From contig NC_043013.1 in the NCBI RefSeq assembly GCF_006345805.1, positions 40,300,001-40,364,000 on the forward strand: a DNA stretch of 64,000 nt. Reading direction: 5' to 3'. Both the position numbers and the translations under genes were made by a program. The notes beneath the pieces are model-generated. The model did not search any database. It was not told the origin of the DNA and saw only the letters and a program-made list of their open reading frames with translations. This document shows positions 11,136 through 22,924 of the stretch, piece by piece (positions within the stretch are counted from its first letter, which is position 1; each line of letters begins with the position of its first letter). The stretch is from Octopus sinensis. Taxonomy: Eukaryota.

Positions 11136-11834
11136 TTTTGATTTGATTGTACACAACCTCTGCCTTTCATTCTCTGTCTGTCTCTCTCTCTCACACACAT
11201 ATACACAGCTAGAGTTAAAGATAGTTATATCATACCAAATGAGCTGACGAACTTTTTCAAATCCATTTGCCAGATTTTCTGATATACAATGTTGATGAGT
11301 ATTTTTGTAGTCTCCCGGTAATTTAAAATCTCTTCAGTTTAGTCACCAAATTATTCCTGTGAAGTAAATTACATTACAGTTTATATATATAGCGAAGATT
11401 AACAAAACTTTTTGATATCAGATACAATAAAAGAATATCTTTAATACCTTCCTACACAATTTTATCTTTTCGAGTATTTTCTTTTTACTATTTCACATTT
11501 TATATCACATAATAATACACAACCTGTAGTGTCAGTTAATAATAGTAATTGTCATTGTGAAAAAATAAAAGACAAACTCACTTTCTTGAGTATACTTGGA
11601 ATAGTAAGGGGAAAGAGGTTCAATGATTCAGTTGTAGTTTTGTTGTTTGAATCAAAAGCATTTACAATATCCCAAAATAGAAAGCAATTTAATTTACATG
11701 AGTCGGAATTTGGACATTTGCATTTGTTGGAGTATGACACATTGGAGATTACATGGCTAACTCATATGATTTATTGCTTTACAGGTAAGGCCTAACTGAA
11801 ATGCACACATGCCACTGAAACTCCTCCCACTCAC

Positions 11835-11844
11835 CAGAATACAT
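11835..11844 (-). CDS. MPPED: MPPED-like start-codon segment (M-Y-S + phase 1) within a 50-nt exon at 11884-11835
   Basis: Pyrimidine-rich acceptor tttctttgcttttaaatcttcAG at 11886-11885 and donor CTG|GTGAGT at 11834-11833. ATG at 11844-42 has A at -3 and an in-frame TAA two codons upstream. The phase 1 end joins the Met-less exon at 8872 in frame (MYSVSGSNTLKVD). Confidence 0.75.
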
Positions 11845-11923
11845 TTTTTACAACAAATTCAGATATAATTGGAACCTATACCATCTGAAGATTTAAAAGC
11901 AAAGAAATATATAAATATATATG

Positions 11924-11966
<43 letters not shown>

Positions 11967-11974
11967 GTATATAT

Positions 11975-12280
11975 GTTAGTTAGTTAGTTAGTTAATTTGG
12001 CTCAAAAGCAAATAGCAAGGCCATGTAGGGGGACATGGAGTTAAGTACAGGGTGGTGTTCATGTAAAGAGTTCAGGCCACTTGAGGTCAAGGGAGGCTTT
12101 GAACAAAGCGGTCGCCGGCATCTTCACCATCTCGTCTGGCAGCTTGTTCCACGGATCTGCAACCCGGACGGAGAAAGCTCCTCTCCTTTGATTGAGATGA
12201 AATCGTCGCAGGTAGAGCTTTTCGGAATGACCCCGCAGCCGACGGACATTATTGGTGGACATTAGGGATTGGTTGCCCAT
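11975..12280 (-). mobile_element. CR1/L2-group LINE, 3' end of ORF2 with (TAAC)n tail
   Basis: LRGHSEKLYLRRFHLNQRRGAFSVRVADPWNKLPDEMVKMPATALFKASLD matches the typical CR1 C-terminal RGH..L / FS.RV...WN.LP / FK..LD pattern. Confidence 0.85.
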
Positions 12281-12930
12281 TTAAGTTGGAATTTCTCCAT
12301 TTTGGCAGGTATTTTTCAAATTTTTTCCAGTGCCTATGAAAATGATGGGGGGCATCTTTTTAGCAAAAAAGATTTCAAAACACAAGTTTTTTTTGTACCC
12401 CTGCCTCATCCGGACCAATTTTGATTAACTTTGTGGGTTCTATGAATAATGAAATTTCTATGCATATATATATATTTATTAGAACAGAGTATTCAACTCA
12501 ATGGGTAAAAAATAAGAAGCATGTGTTGTGTTACATTAAATAAGTTCCAAAATTTGAACAGAAACACAACAAAGGAACAAATGGAAGCTTCATGCACAAG
12601 ACATGATGTTGCTAATTCCTCATTAGTTATTGTCCAAAAGATTCTTACAATTTTATGCCTTTAATGATCATATAATATTACTTACTTTTGGTGGTGCCAG
12701 CAGCAAGAAGCTTCTAGGAATAGCAAACAAACATTGGGGGCAGTGACAGAAACAAACCTGACAAAGTGTGAACATCCAACATAATAAAATAAATATAATT
12801 ATACAAACAAAATAAGGCTTTATGGCTTTAAGATGAGCTGAGTGTATGGGTGAGGCAAGGAAAATGTCCTATAGTACTGGAAACAAAAAAATTTTAAATG
12901 GTGAAAAAACAAACTGTATTGAAAGTAGAG

Positions 12931-13011
12931 GAGGTGAAAGAAACACAACTAATCAACTCACTGGTGAGGTGAAAGAAACACAACTAATCAACTCACTGGT
13001 GAGGTGAAAGA
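12931..13011. repeat. 35-bp tandem duplication (2.3 copies)
   Basis: gaggtgaaagaaacacaactaatcaactcactggt twice, plus a partial third copy. Confidence 0.95.
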
Positions 13012-13479
13012 AGGAAATGGAAAAGAGAGATGAGAATGACCACAGGTCACATGTCAGTGGGAGTAGAAAGAACAAGTGGTGGAGAGCAGAGAGACAGAAA
13101 GCAATGGAGAGGGAAGGAGATAGAGAAAGCAACAGAGAGGGAAAGAGACATAGATGGAGGCAAAAGAGGGAAGAAAAGAGACAGAAATAAATGTTGCTCA
13201 AAAAATATCCAACCGAATGAGTAACAAATAAGAAGCGTGCATAGTGTTACATTAAATTTCACACTTTGTTGCCTTCATTTTCATCACCATTCCCAAAGTT
13301 GATTCACTATTCCCAACAGCTCCTTGCCTCTGAAGCCATCAAAAGCAAAGAAAATTAAAGGCATGAAATTGTAACAATCTTTTGTAAGATAACTGACGAG
13401 GAATTAGCAATGTCCCATATTGTATGTGAATTTTTTGTTTGTTCCTTCGGGTGAAGAGTTGTGAGATCTTACATTAGAT

Positions 13480-13680
13480 CAGGGCTTTTCAAACTTTTTG
13501 CTGGAGCGGAACCCCAAGGAAACATTCCACTGGCTCAAGGAACCCCTGTGCAATAATTTAATAGTCTTATGCACACATATCTGCACAGGAGACTTAAAAA
13601 TTACTGCCGACTTTTGCAGTTTTGTAACTTCTTGCGGAACCCCTGGACTGTACTGGCAGAACCCTGGTTGAAAAACACTG
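13480..13680. mobile_element. hAT-superfamily MITE (201 bp)
   Basis: Imperfect TIRs cagggcttttcaaac / ggttgaaaaacactg and a perfect 8-bp TSD cattagat at 13472-79 and 13681-88. Confidence 0.92.
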
Positions 13681-14019
13681 CATTAGATAAATAGACTGGT
13701 AAGGCCAAAATAATGTAAAATGAGACGGGAAGTAAATCACAAAAGTGAAAACAACAACACTTGTAGTTAAAAATCTATTTCATTTTGCTCAACTGGTACT
13801 TAATTTAACGACCCCAAAAGGAAGAGAGGCAAAGTCGACTTCGGCGGAATTTGAACTCAGAACGTAAAGACAGATGAAACACTGCTAAAAAATATTGTTT
13901 GTGTGAATGATTACAGGGCAGGTTTGGGGCAAGATGTAAATAGATTTCTGATTTCTTTTCTTAATAATAATAATAATAATAATGATAAATTCTGATATAT
14001 ATATATATATTATATATAG

Positions 14020-16058
14020 ATATGGTTGTGTGCCATTGAAGTCATCACACTGGTGTGCAGCTGGTGAAAATTGAATTCCTAAGACGCTCTACTGTAAGGT
14101 AAGACTTTTTGCTCTTTGAGTCCAGTAGGATTTGTAGCTTGTAGGTTTTTATTTTTTTGTACTAGCAAGGAGTCCTTACTGGATTTGGAGCTTTTTGTCT
14201 GCCTTGCGGTGGAGACGTGTGTGTGTTCTCACATAATTGTGAGAAATTGTGTTTGAAAATTTTTGTGCCCACGTGGATTACAAGGTTTGGCCAGGAGTAC
14301 CTTTCGGCCGAAAATTAATAACTCTCTTTTCACAGCTATCATTTATTTAAAAAAAAAAGAACTTTATTTGAACTGTTATTTTTATTTTTTTTTTCCCTTC
14401 TGTTGTGTCTTTCCTTCTTTTTTTTTGTGTCTTTCTTTATTTTACACTCTGTTTTTGAACTGTATTTGAACTTTTTTAAATGGTAAAGGAATTAGTAGTG
14501 TGGGATTTAACACCTCCCAAAAAATGGATAAAAGAGCTTGAAAGGAAGAAGGTGGTGTTGAGAACTTATTCAAAGTCGCTCGACACCGTAACCATCTTCC
14601 CGAAAGCCACAATTTTGAAGGAGCTGGCAAACTACATGCCAGCCATTAAATTTATTTCACGGGGAGTCAAATTCGCAATGGTCTGGTTGCTATTTGACTC
14701 CCCCCAAGAAGCTCGCGATTTTGCAAGCCGGCCCCTCGAGGGCAAGGAAATTATGTTTCTTCCTAGTTATTGTGGGAAGAAGTTATTGAGGGCTTGGGTC
14801 TGTGGTTTGCCACCTGGAATTGAGCCCAAGTGGATAGAGGATTCTATCTGCCGGGTTCTGGGTGGTAGCAGTACTGAGCTGCTTAATGTAAAAATTTTGC
14901 CTGCAGCTGATTGGGACGGGTCAAAAGCTGTTTTGACCCTATGGACCCAATCAGCTGAAAGTCTGGTTTTTCCAGATTTTTTGAGGATGGCCGGGTCTAG
15001 GTATCCGGTGATACTTGAGGGACGCCCCCTCCCAAGTGTCACCTGTGCCTGGAGACCGCCCACATTAAGAAAAACTGCCCCAAGGACCAAAATAGGATCA
15101 TGGAGCAGTTAATAGTGGAATCTCTCCCTGCTCCCTCAATGGAGGGAGAGAAGGAGGAGGATGACGAGGAGGTTTCTACCTCCTCGAAAAAATGAAAACG
15201 AAAGGTGGGCAACAATGGTTGCCCACCGAAGGACCCGAGGGCTGCGGGAGAAAAGGAGGACCTGCTGCACGCACCACAGGAACTCCACCCTCCCGTGGCC
15301 CAAGGGAAAAAAAAAAGAAAGAAGAAAAACAGGACATTGCCGGTGGGTTGTGACATGCTGCCGGCGTGTCCCAAGTAACCTCCGGCGGCTGTGCCGCTGG
15401 AGGATGAATTTGTGGTCCTCTTCCACAAAGGAGGAACTGTACAAAATGAAATTAAGAAAATGGAAAGGAGGGGCCAGTGGGAGGGGCTTCTGTCCTGCAC
15501 GGAGGACCCTGAGTGGCCTTCGCAGGTGGCTGCGGAAGTCCTATGGGATAGTGATCTGTGCAGGATCATGAATTCCTTCCCGGAGGACTCCTATAGATTT
15601 GTGTCTGTGTGGCCCAGCCTGGAACCAGGTAGATGCTTCAATGTAGCAAGGAGCCTGGTTGGCCGGAAAACTTGAACGTTTGTACTCAAAAAAAGAGTCT
15701 AGAAAATGTGAAAAAAAAAAGTGAGAAGTTTATTGCCTCGTGTATGTAACTTTTTGTGCAATATTGAACAATGTACGAGGTTTATAGCCTCATTGTGCTT
15801 TAAAAAGAAAAAGAAAAAAGAAAGAATTCTGAACATTGTGTTTTTATGTAAGAGGTTTATTGCCTCATTGTGTTTTCTATAAAAAAGAAAAATGAACAAT
15901 GTTTTAGAGAAGCGAAAGTCGGCGGGCGCTTTTCGTCTTCTCCCATCCTTATCATTCTTGCATCATTATCATCCATCCCATTAATGTCTGTGTCCAGCCC
16001 GCAAGCTTCTATCTGTGTGCTGCCCTTGTGGCAAATTAAATGAAATAAAGAAGCTTAT
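14020..16058 (+). mobile_element. ORF1/gag-only retroelement-like unit (no RT or endonuclease)
   Basis: GC-richer segment after (TA)n, comprising a 5' leader, one decayed ORF (14480-15675), a 3' UTR with short repeats and a stem-loop, and AATAAA at 16044-49. Boundaries are approximate; no TSD found. Confidence 0.6.
14480..15675 (+). pseudogene. Decayed LINE-ORF1/gag-like nucleic-acid-binding protein with CCHC zinc knuckle
   Basis: Frame 2 ORF (RRM-like ...VWLLFDSPQEARDF..., ...RAWVCGLPPGI...) shifts near the C-run at 15025-33 into frame 1: CHLCLETAHIKKNC (CX2CX4HX4C, 15037-78). Then acidic and basic tracts, in-frame stops at 15193 and 15376, and an end at 15675. Confidence 0.8.
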
Positions 16059-16065
16059 TTTTCAG

Positions 16066-16460
16066 CCACTGCATGGCACTTTGAGCAAGAGTGTTCTATC
16101 ATAGCTTCGAGCTGACCAAAGCTTTGTGAGTGGATTTGGTAGACAAACCAGTTTCTCTCTCTCTCTCTCTCTCACGTGTATGTATGCATGTATATGTGTG
16201 TGTGTGTCCGTGTTCGCCCCCACCCCGCTTGACAACAGGCGTTGGTGTTTAGGTCCCGACGGAGGTTTAGAATACGCACCCACCCGTTGTCGGCGTAACC
16301 CTAACCCTACCCATAACCCTAAACACCGGGTGTGCGTATTCTTTATCTTCGCCTACGTCCCCGTAACTTAGCGGTTCGATTCATTCGTCTAAAATTCCTC
16401 AAGGCGGTGCCCCAGCATGATCGCAGTCTAATGATTAAAACAAGTGAAAGGTAAGAAAAA
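16066..16460 (+). mobile_element. SINE family A, diverged, with internal hairpin insertion
   Basis: Family A body interrupted at about 16258-16353. Confidence 0.75.
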
Positions 16461-17748
16461 GATGAAAGATATGTTTAAAATGAGATTAAGAATAGGTCTC
16501 ATCAATATAAAGTCGCTGACATTTTATTTAAAAAGATTCTAAGCCAGTGAATTAATTATATTTTATTAATTAACTATGAGACAGCTGGAAAATATTCTAT
16601 TGCTAGCATTTAAGCCAGGTGTTCAGTTTGAGGATACTTTTCTCAATTCTATAGATTTAAATAATACACCTGTGTAGTGTCATAGATACTGCCTTTTTTT
16701 GATTAAAAAGTATGTCAATAACAAATGAGTTGATAAATAAATAATAAGGGTTATGGACACTAATTTCATACATCAAGAGATAACTGTTGATCGTTAAAAA
16801 TGCTTGAAGCAACTCTAGAGACTCATGGCGTTATTGCGAGTATTTAGGAGGTTGAAAGGTTGGCACAAGCATCACGTCAGGTCGGTGAGATGGGAAAGCA
16901 ACAATGACAAAAAATTTGGTCAGCAGCCAAGCTTCCACCGAATGTTTCAAATGCCATAGGTTGGCTGATAAATATAATTCACCGACAGATAACCGTTTTT
17001 TCAAGCATCATATTCCGTTCAGCTTCGGTCAAATGCTCTAACCACAAGGATGCGTGATTAATACATGTGTTAAAAGAAGGAATAATAAGTTGAATAATAT
17101 ATGAAGATAGTAAAAATGGGGTAAGAGACGTTTAAAAAGATATTAGAATTAGCCTACAAGGCTTAGAAGAAGTAAAAGTAAATTAAATAATACTGGAATA
17201 AGTTTTTAAAATATGTTGCCGTGTGTTATGTACGATACGCATATTTTTTATTAGCCGACATAATCAAGAGAAAAATTTGATCAAATGAGTCAAATTTTAA
17301 TGAACCAAAATTCATTTTGCCTACACGTGGTCAGTATTTGCACTAATAATTGTTTCTGATTTAGGAACAAGGCCAACAGTTTTGAGGGGAGTTAGCCTGT
17401 GGATTACACCGACCATCGACTTTAAGAAGATGAAAGGGAAACTGAATTCAGAACGTAGAGTTGAAATAGGGCAAAGCAATTTTATCCAACGCTTTAACGT
17501 TTCTGCTAACGCACCACCACCCCTGTATTTTCATTATGTCCCTAAACGAGACACTTTATTTCACATTTTTCCAGTCAATTCAGCTAGCAAGAATGAGTTG
17601 TAATTGAATTTCAAAGGACCAGCCTTGTCACATTCTGTGTACATGCTGAATACGCATGTGTGTGTGAAATCCATCGAAGCAAACTCAGGATCCTAATATT
17701 CTGAAATTTATCAGTGTTCGTAAGGTATCCGCCCAGATTTGAAATTCC

Positions 17749-18153
17749 GGATCTTTTCGGTTTGAACGGCAGTTTTTTAAAAATAATTTCCACGTAACTA
17801 AACACTTTTAAACTTCGTATACTGGTAGAATGTGTTTATAAAACATCTTTTTCTCTTGGCTTTACTGAGAAAATTCTATAGTTTGTTAGATATTTGTTGT
17901 TTTTTGTTCAATTTCTGCAATTTCAACCAATCACTGACGTCTATTGAGGTGAAAACATTCTGAGCCGTATGAATGTCCCTCGTTTAAGAGACAGATTGGG
18001 TTTTACATTTCTAAAGAAAAAAAGATACCCTTCCTCCACCCCTAACCCTAAAACAGATTGAAATGCAATAGATCGATACTAGGGTCATAATTATGGGTGA
18101 CAATTTCATATGACACCGCTAGAAAAAAACTGCCGTTCAAACCGAAAAGATCC
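17749..18153. mobile_element. MITE with 30-bp perfect TIRs
   Basis: ggatcttttcggtttgaacggcagtttttt (17749-78) and its exact reverse complement at 18124-53. Superfamily not determined. Confidence 0.85.
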
Positions 18154-19000
18154 CTTAATTATTTAATATCAACGCTTCCTAATATTCTGAAATTTATCAG
18201 TGTTCGCAAGGTATCTGCTCGGATTTAAAAGTTCTATTCCTTTGTGTGTTACATACACACATTTAAGGCGAAATACACACACGGGCATGTGTCCTTGTTT
18301 TGCTTAAAGCCTGCAGCTCTTGATGAAATGGTAGGGCGTCGTCGAAGTCTATGGCGTGTCCAGGTCATAAAAGCCTGCCATAGCCGACAGAGAGAGAGAG
18401 AGTACGACACTGGGAGGAAGAGATAGTAAGAGAGAGAGTGTACGGGAGGCAGAGTGTGAGTGGAGTGAGAGCGTTCCGAGGTTGAGTGTGACTTGATTGA
18501 TAGCAGACGACCATCTCTTTCTAGAAATGACTTGACGACCAAAATTTCTTAAAAGATTCGTCGCCATAAATGGCAAGTTTTGTTTTATGATTGCAACCTC
18601 AACTGAAATTTTTCCGACCATTATCTCTCAGAGAAGCTTTTGCACCCATTTATGAGGTCCACTAACACGTTGGTATATATTTCAAACTTATGTTTAAGAT
18701 CCAGTATTTGTTGACTTGCATCGAATTTTAAATTTTTTCCCGTTGTATTATTATTATTTTACGACATTTAAGGCGCTAAAATTAAAACTTGTGTGTCATT
18801 TTAATATTTAGCATCCAAAATAAAAATACATATATGTTTTTTCTTATTCAACTTGTTTTCTCCATTTCCACTTTTTCAGTGTGAATCAAAACAATTTTTC
18901 CACAGCAAATATGATGCCAGAGCGGGTCTCCATAGCAAATATGGCAGAGACGGTTCTTAAATTCAAACAAGTCTTTTCGCTGCGCTTCCTCTCTTTTATG

Positions 19001-19418
19001 GGGCGATCTTTCGTCTCTAGTAGACCTTTTCGTCGATTTCTGTAAAAAAATTTTTTTTTTTTACATATGGGCTTGCGGGAACTTTTGAAGTAATATACAT
19101 ACATATACACATACACCGAGTAAAAAATTTCAGTTATCTCTTTCTTTCACACATTACTCTGTCTCTTCACACACACTAACAGAAGCACTTCACTTACACA
19201 ACATACTGTCTGTCTCCTAAACCCCATCAAACACACACATGTACATCAATGCTTCACATGCACGGTAACTTCAAAAGAACTTCCCTCGTCATACAATCGC
19301 TTTCTCTTAGTCTCTTTCGCTCTCATTACTTCAAAAGTTCCCGCAAGCCCATATGTAAAAAAAAAAAAAAATTTTACAGAAATCGACGGAAAGGTCTACT
19401 AGAGAAGAAAGATTGCCC
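19001..19418. repeat. Inverted repeat with about 94-bp arms (19001-19094 and 19325-19418)
   Basis: ...catatgggcttgcgggaacttttgaagtaat versus attacttcaaaagttcccgcaagcccatatg.... Confidence 0.85.
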
Positions 19419-19691
19419 TTTTATGGTCTTAAATCAAAACTGGCGCAATGTCCTTCCAAACTGTTTTGGCGGAGTTTCCGATCAGGACGCCCTCATAAAT
19501 TGGATTCTCTCCGTTTTGACAAAATTTTCCAATTTTTTTTTTCCACCACGGCCTTGGAGTGTGACATCTTTTTCTGAAAAAAGTTTTGAAAATTAATCCC
19601 CCCCTCCCTCAGGAGCGATATTCGCCAATTTTTTTTTTTTTTGCACTACACACGTTTTCGGAAAATAAATAAAATAAAATTTGTAAATATA

Positions 19692-19858
19692 TAGGCGCAG
19701 GAGTGGCTGTGGGGTAAGTAGCTTGCTAACCAACCACATAGTTCCGGGTTCAGTCCCACTGCGTGGCATCTTGGGCAAGTGTCTTCTACTATAGCCTCGG
19801 GCCGACCAAAGCCTTGTGAGTGGATTTGGTAGACGGAAACTGAAAGAAGCCCGTCGTA

Positions 19859-19900
<42 letters not shown>

Positions 19901-20130
19901 ATATATATGTATGAGTGTGTATATGTATGTGTGTATGTGTTTGTCCCCCTAGCATTGCTTGACAACCGATGCTGGTGTGTTTACGTCGCCGTCACTTAGC
20001 GGTTCGGCAAAAGAGACCGATAGAACTGGGCTTACAAAGAATAAGGTCCTGGGGTCGATTTGCTCGACTAAAGGCGGTGCACCAGCATGGCCGCAGTCAA
20101 ATGACTGAAACAAGTAAAAGAGTAAAGAGT
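19692..20130 (+). mobile_element. SINE family A, full length
   Basis: Head, central microsatellite and tail as at 10241. Confidence 0.9.
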
Positions 20131-21869
20131 ATTTCCAGACGGAAAGGTATATGATTTAAGGGAGATCTGGCTGTTGTTTCTAGCACATCTCACGACTATC
20201 TTTTGACTGTTTCCTTGCTTTTACAGTCTTACTTTTAAATTCATTTAAAAAATATGGTCTTATACATATGTGTGTTTATGTCTATTATGTTGTTTAGTTC
20301 CTTAGGGACGGAATTTTATCGATTAAAAAAATTAGGTGCTTATGTTTTTCGTTTTGATTTTAATAGAGAATTTTAGCTTCGTTAATAAAATTTTAAAGTG
20401 AACACACCCGGCAATTTCTGGTGGGTGTGTTTTCTTTAAGGTAAGAAAGGAGTTTTAGCTGGTATACCTGGTCTGCTAAATCGGTGTACTTACGCAGGTG
20501 CCCCCCTCTCCCCAACTTTGTTTCCTCATAACTTTCTGAAAAGTGAGTATTTTAAAATTTAACTTTCTACAAAGTACTTCTCAAATGGTGTAGAAACCGA
20601 TTATATCGGAATTCAATGTAACAAATATATAAATTGGTGGGTGCAATTCAGGGTCGGATTAAGACCCATAAAGGCCCTAAGCACTTTAAAGATTTTGGTG
20701 CTCCCATATATATATAATTCAAAATAAAAAGAATAATGGCAAGTCTTCCGCCCCTCCCCCACAAAAACCAGCCTTAAAAAAATTTCTTTTCGACACAAAC
20801 CCCCCCTTTTCAGCTACGGGGAATACGAATCTGCAAAAAAAACAAAATTGGCAAAAATTGACATTTCTAAATTACCACACCTACCCCCATTTCCTTCATT
20901 TTAAATTTTTTTCCAAATTTTTTTTTTCAAAATATGCAGAAAAATACGGAGATTATGATTCTGGAAACATTTCCAAAAATCTTTGTAAAATTTCAAAACA
21001 TTTCTGTACTTATGGTTAGGGTTAGGGTTAAAGGGCTAGGGTTTTAGGGTTAGTGTTGGGGGAAAAAAGTCTAAATTGAAGAAGTTTGGGATGAAGTAGG
21101 GGAAAAATTTTCACAATGCCGATTTTTGGCAATTTTCCAGAACCTTCATATCCGAAAAAGGGGATTTTTGGCAAAAAAAATTACAAAAATAAATTTGGGA
21201 GAAAAAAAAGGGGGGGTGGGAGTCTTTCCGAATAATTAATCATAAATTTTTTTTTTCAGTTTTCAAAATGAAACAATGCTTACCATAAAATGGAAAATAA
21301 TGTTTATTTTACTATACTTCCACTTTATTTATATTTGAAAAGTTTTCTACATTTTTTTTAATTACAGTCTTTCATCAGATCCTCAGTATGACACCATGAA
21401 CACTTTTGATCATGTGAACCCCTTTGAATATTATTTTAGCAAGTTTAAAGGGAATTCTTTTGTGCTGGAATCCAATTACTATTTCTGTGGTGTCCTGCTT
21501 CCCTTGATGCTCTAAGCACGTGCTTATATGGCTTAATGGTTAATCTAGCGCAGGTGCAATTATTTAACAATGTTTTCAAGTTTCATTTTGTAGATAAATG
21601 TTATGTATTTCAGTATTTAATGTGAACTAGCCTAACAATTTTTTTTCACATTAAATTCTGATAAACCAACTGAAAGGTATTTATATAAAATTTCATTAAA
21701 AAATACCCATTTTTCTGAAAGTTATGAGTAAAGAAAGTTGACTTATGTGAATTATACAAAATTCTTCCCCACTTCCGAAAATATTTTCAGCACAGATTCT
21801 AAATTGGGCTTGTCTGTTTTTGAGTAGATGGAGGATAGCCAGAGTTAGAGTGCTTGGACAACATAATTT

Positions 21870-22540
21870 TGAAGGCCACTTTTGACTCCCTCTTCATCCT
21901 GTCAAACCAGCTTTCAAGGTGCTGCTTACTGTCTGCTAGCACCAAATACTCAGGTGACTGGGTTGATGCCATTCCTGTGGCTAACGTTGGTGGCCTACTC
22001 AGCTTGGACGAACTTCATGTCTCCATTACCCTCAGAGTGGGAGGTGACGTCTGCATGGGTTTGAGTTGTCATTGTGGCAAGCTTTTTTACTCCACAAGCC
22101 TCCACTATCTTTCTTACCGCCTTAATGCTCGTTACTTCATGCATCACAGAGTTAGACCTTATACTCAAGAAGAGCTTGGCTCGGGCAAACATCCCCTCCA
22201 TCTTGGAACCATGTGGGGTGTCCAGATGTGATGGGAAAGACCTGACACCCTCACCCTGTGCCCCTGGTTGAGAGGCAGATGCCTTGTCTGGGATGTCACA
22301 GTTAGTGACACCTTTGCTCCTCACATCCTGGATGCTGCAGTCAGGGTGAAATCCACAGCTTCTGCAGCCAAGTGGAACAAAATCCTGAAGTACCACGATC
22401 TGTTGGCCAACTACATTTTCCATCCTGTGGCATTCGAGATGTTTGGTGAGGTCGGATCTCTGATTGCAAGATTCCTGTCATCACTGGCAGCTTGCAGAGC
22501 AGAGGTAACTGGTGCAGCTCATGAGTGGTTTCCCAGTGTC
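21870..22540 (+). mobile_element. CRE-clade-like non-LTR retrotransposon, C-terminal restriction-like endonuclease fragment
   Basis: Across frameshifts: SGDWVDAIP, CHCG, KKSLARANIPSILEPCGVSRCDGK, LVWDVTVSDT, KILKYHDL...FHPVAFEMFG. These follow the EP.GL.R.DG.RPD / WD.T..DT / KY..L / F.P.A.E..G pattern of RLE-bearing elements. Confidence 0.75.
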
Positions 22541-22924
22541 CCAAAACTTTCTAGTTGTTTGAGTAATATGATACTATAACAATTTATTAATGAGTTTCTA
22601 TTGATTAAATAAAATACATCGGAATTTACACTACATGAAAGGTATTTGTTGAAAGTTTCATTAAAAAAGGCATACCTACACAAGGTCCTTCTTCCTCTAT
22701 TTATTTTCTCATAATTTAAAGAAAAATGTATATTCTTAGTGAAACTTACTGAAAATATCTTTCAGAATGTAGATGATGATGGTATTGGAATTTGTAGGGA
22801 GGAACAATGTTTTCGGAGTGTGTGGTGGTGGTGAGTTTTGGGTAATTCACACGAGTCTAATTTGTTTCTTCATAATGTTCAGAAAAATGGGTATTTTTTT
22901 AAAGAAATTTTCTACAATTTCTTT

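Noticed and set aside
11552-11795. Overlapping ORFs with a minus-strand donor AAA|GTGAGT at 11581 and a plus-strand CAG|GTAAGG near 11785
   Set aside because: No ATG in the phase needed for the 8872 exon and no homology; the 11884-11835 exon fits better.
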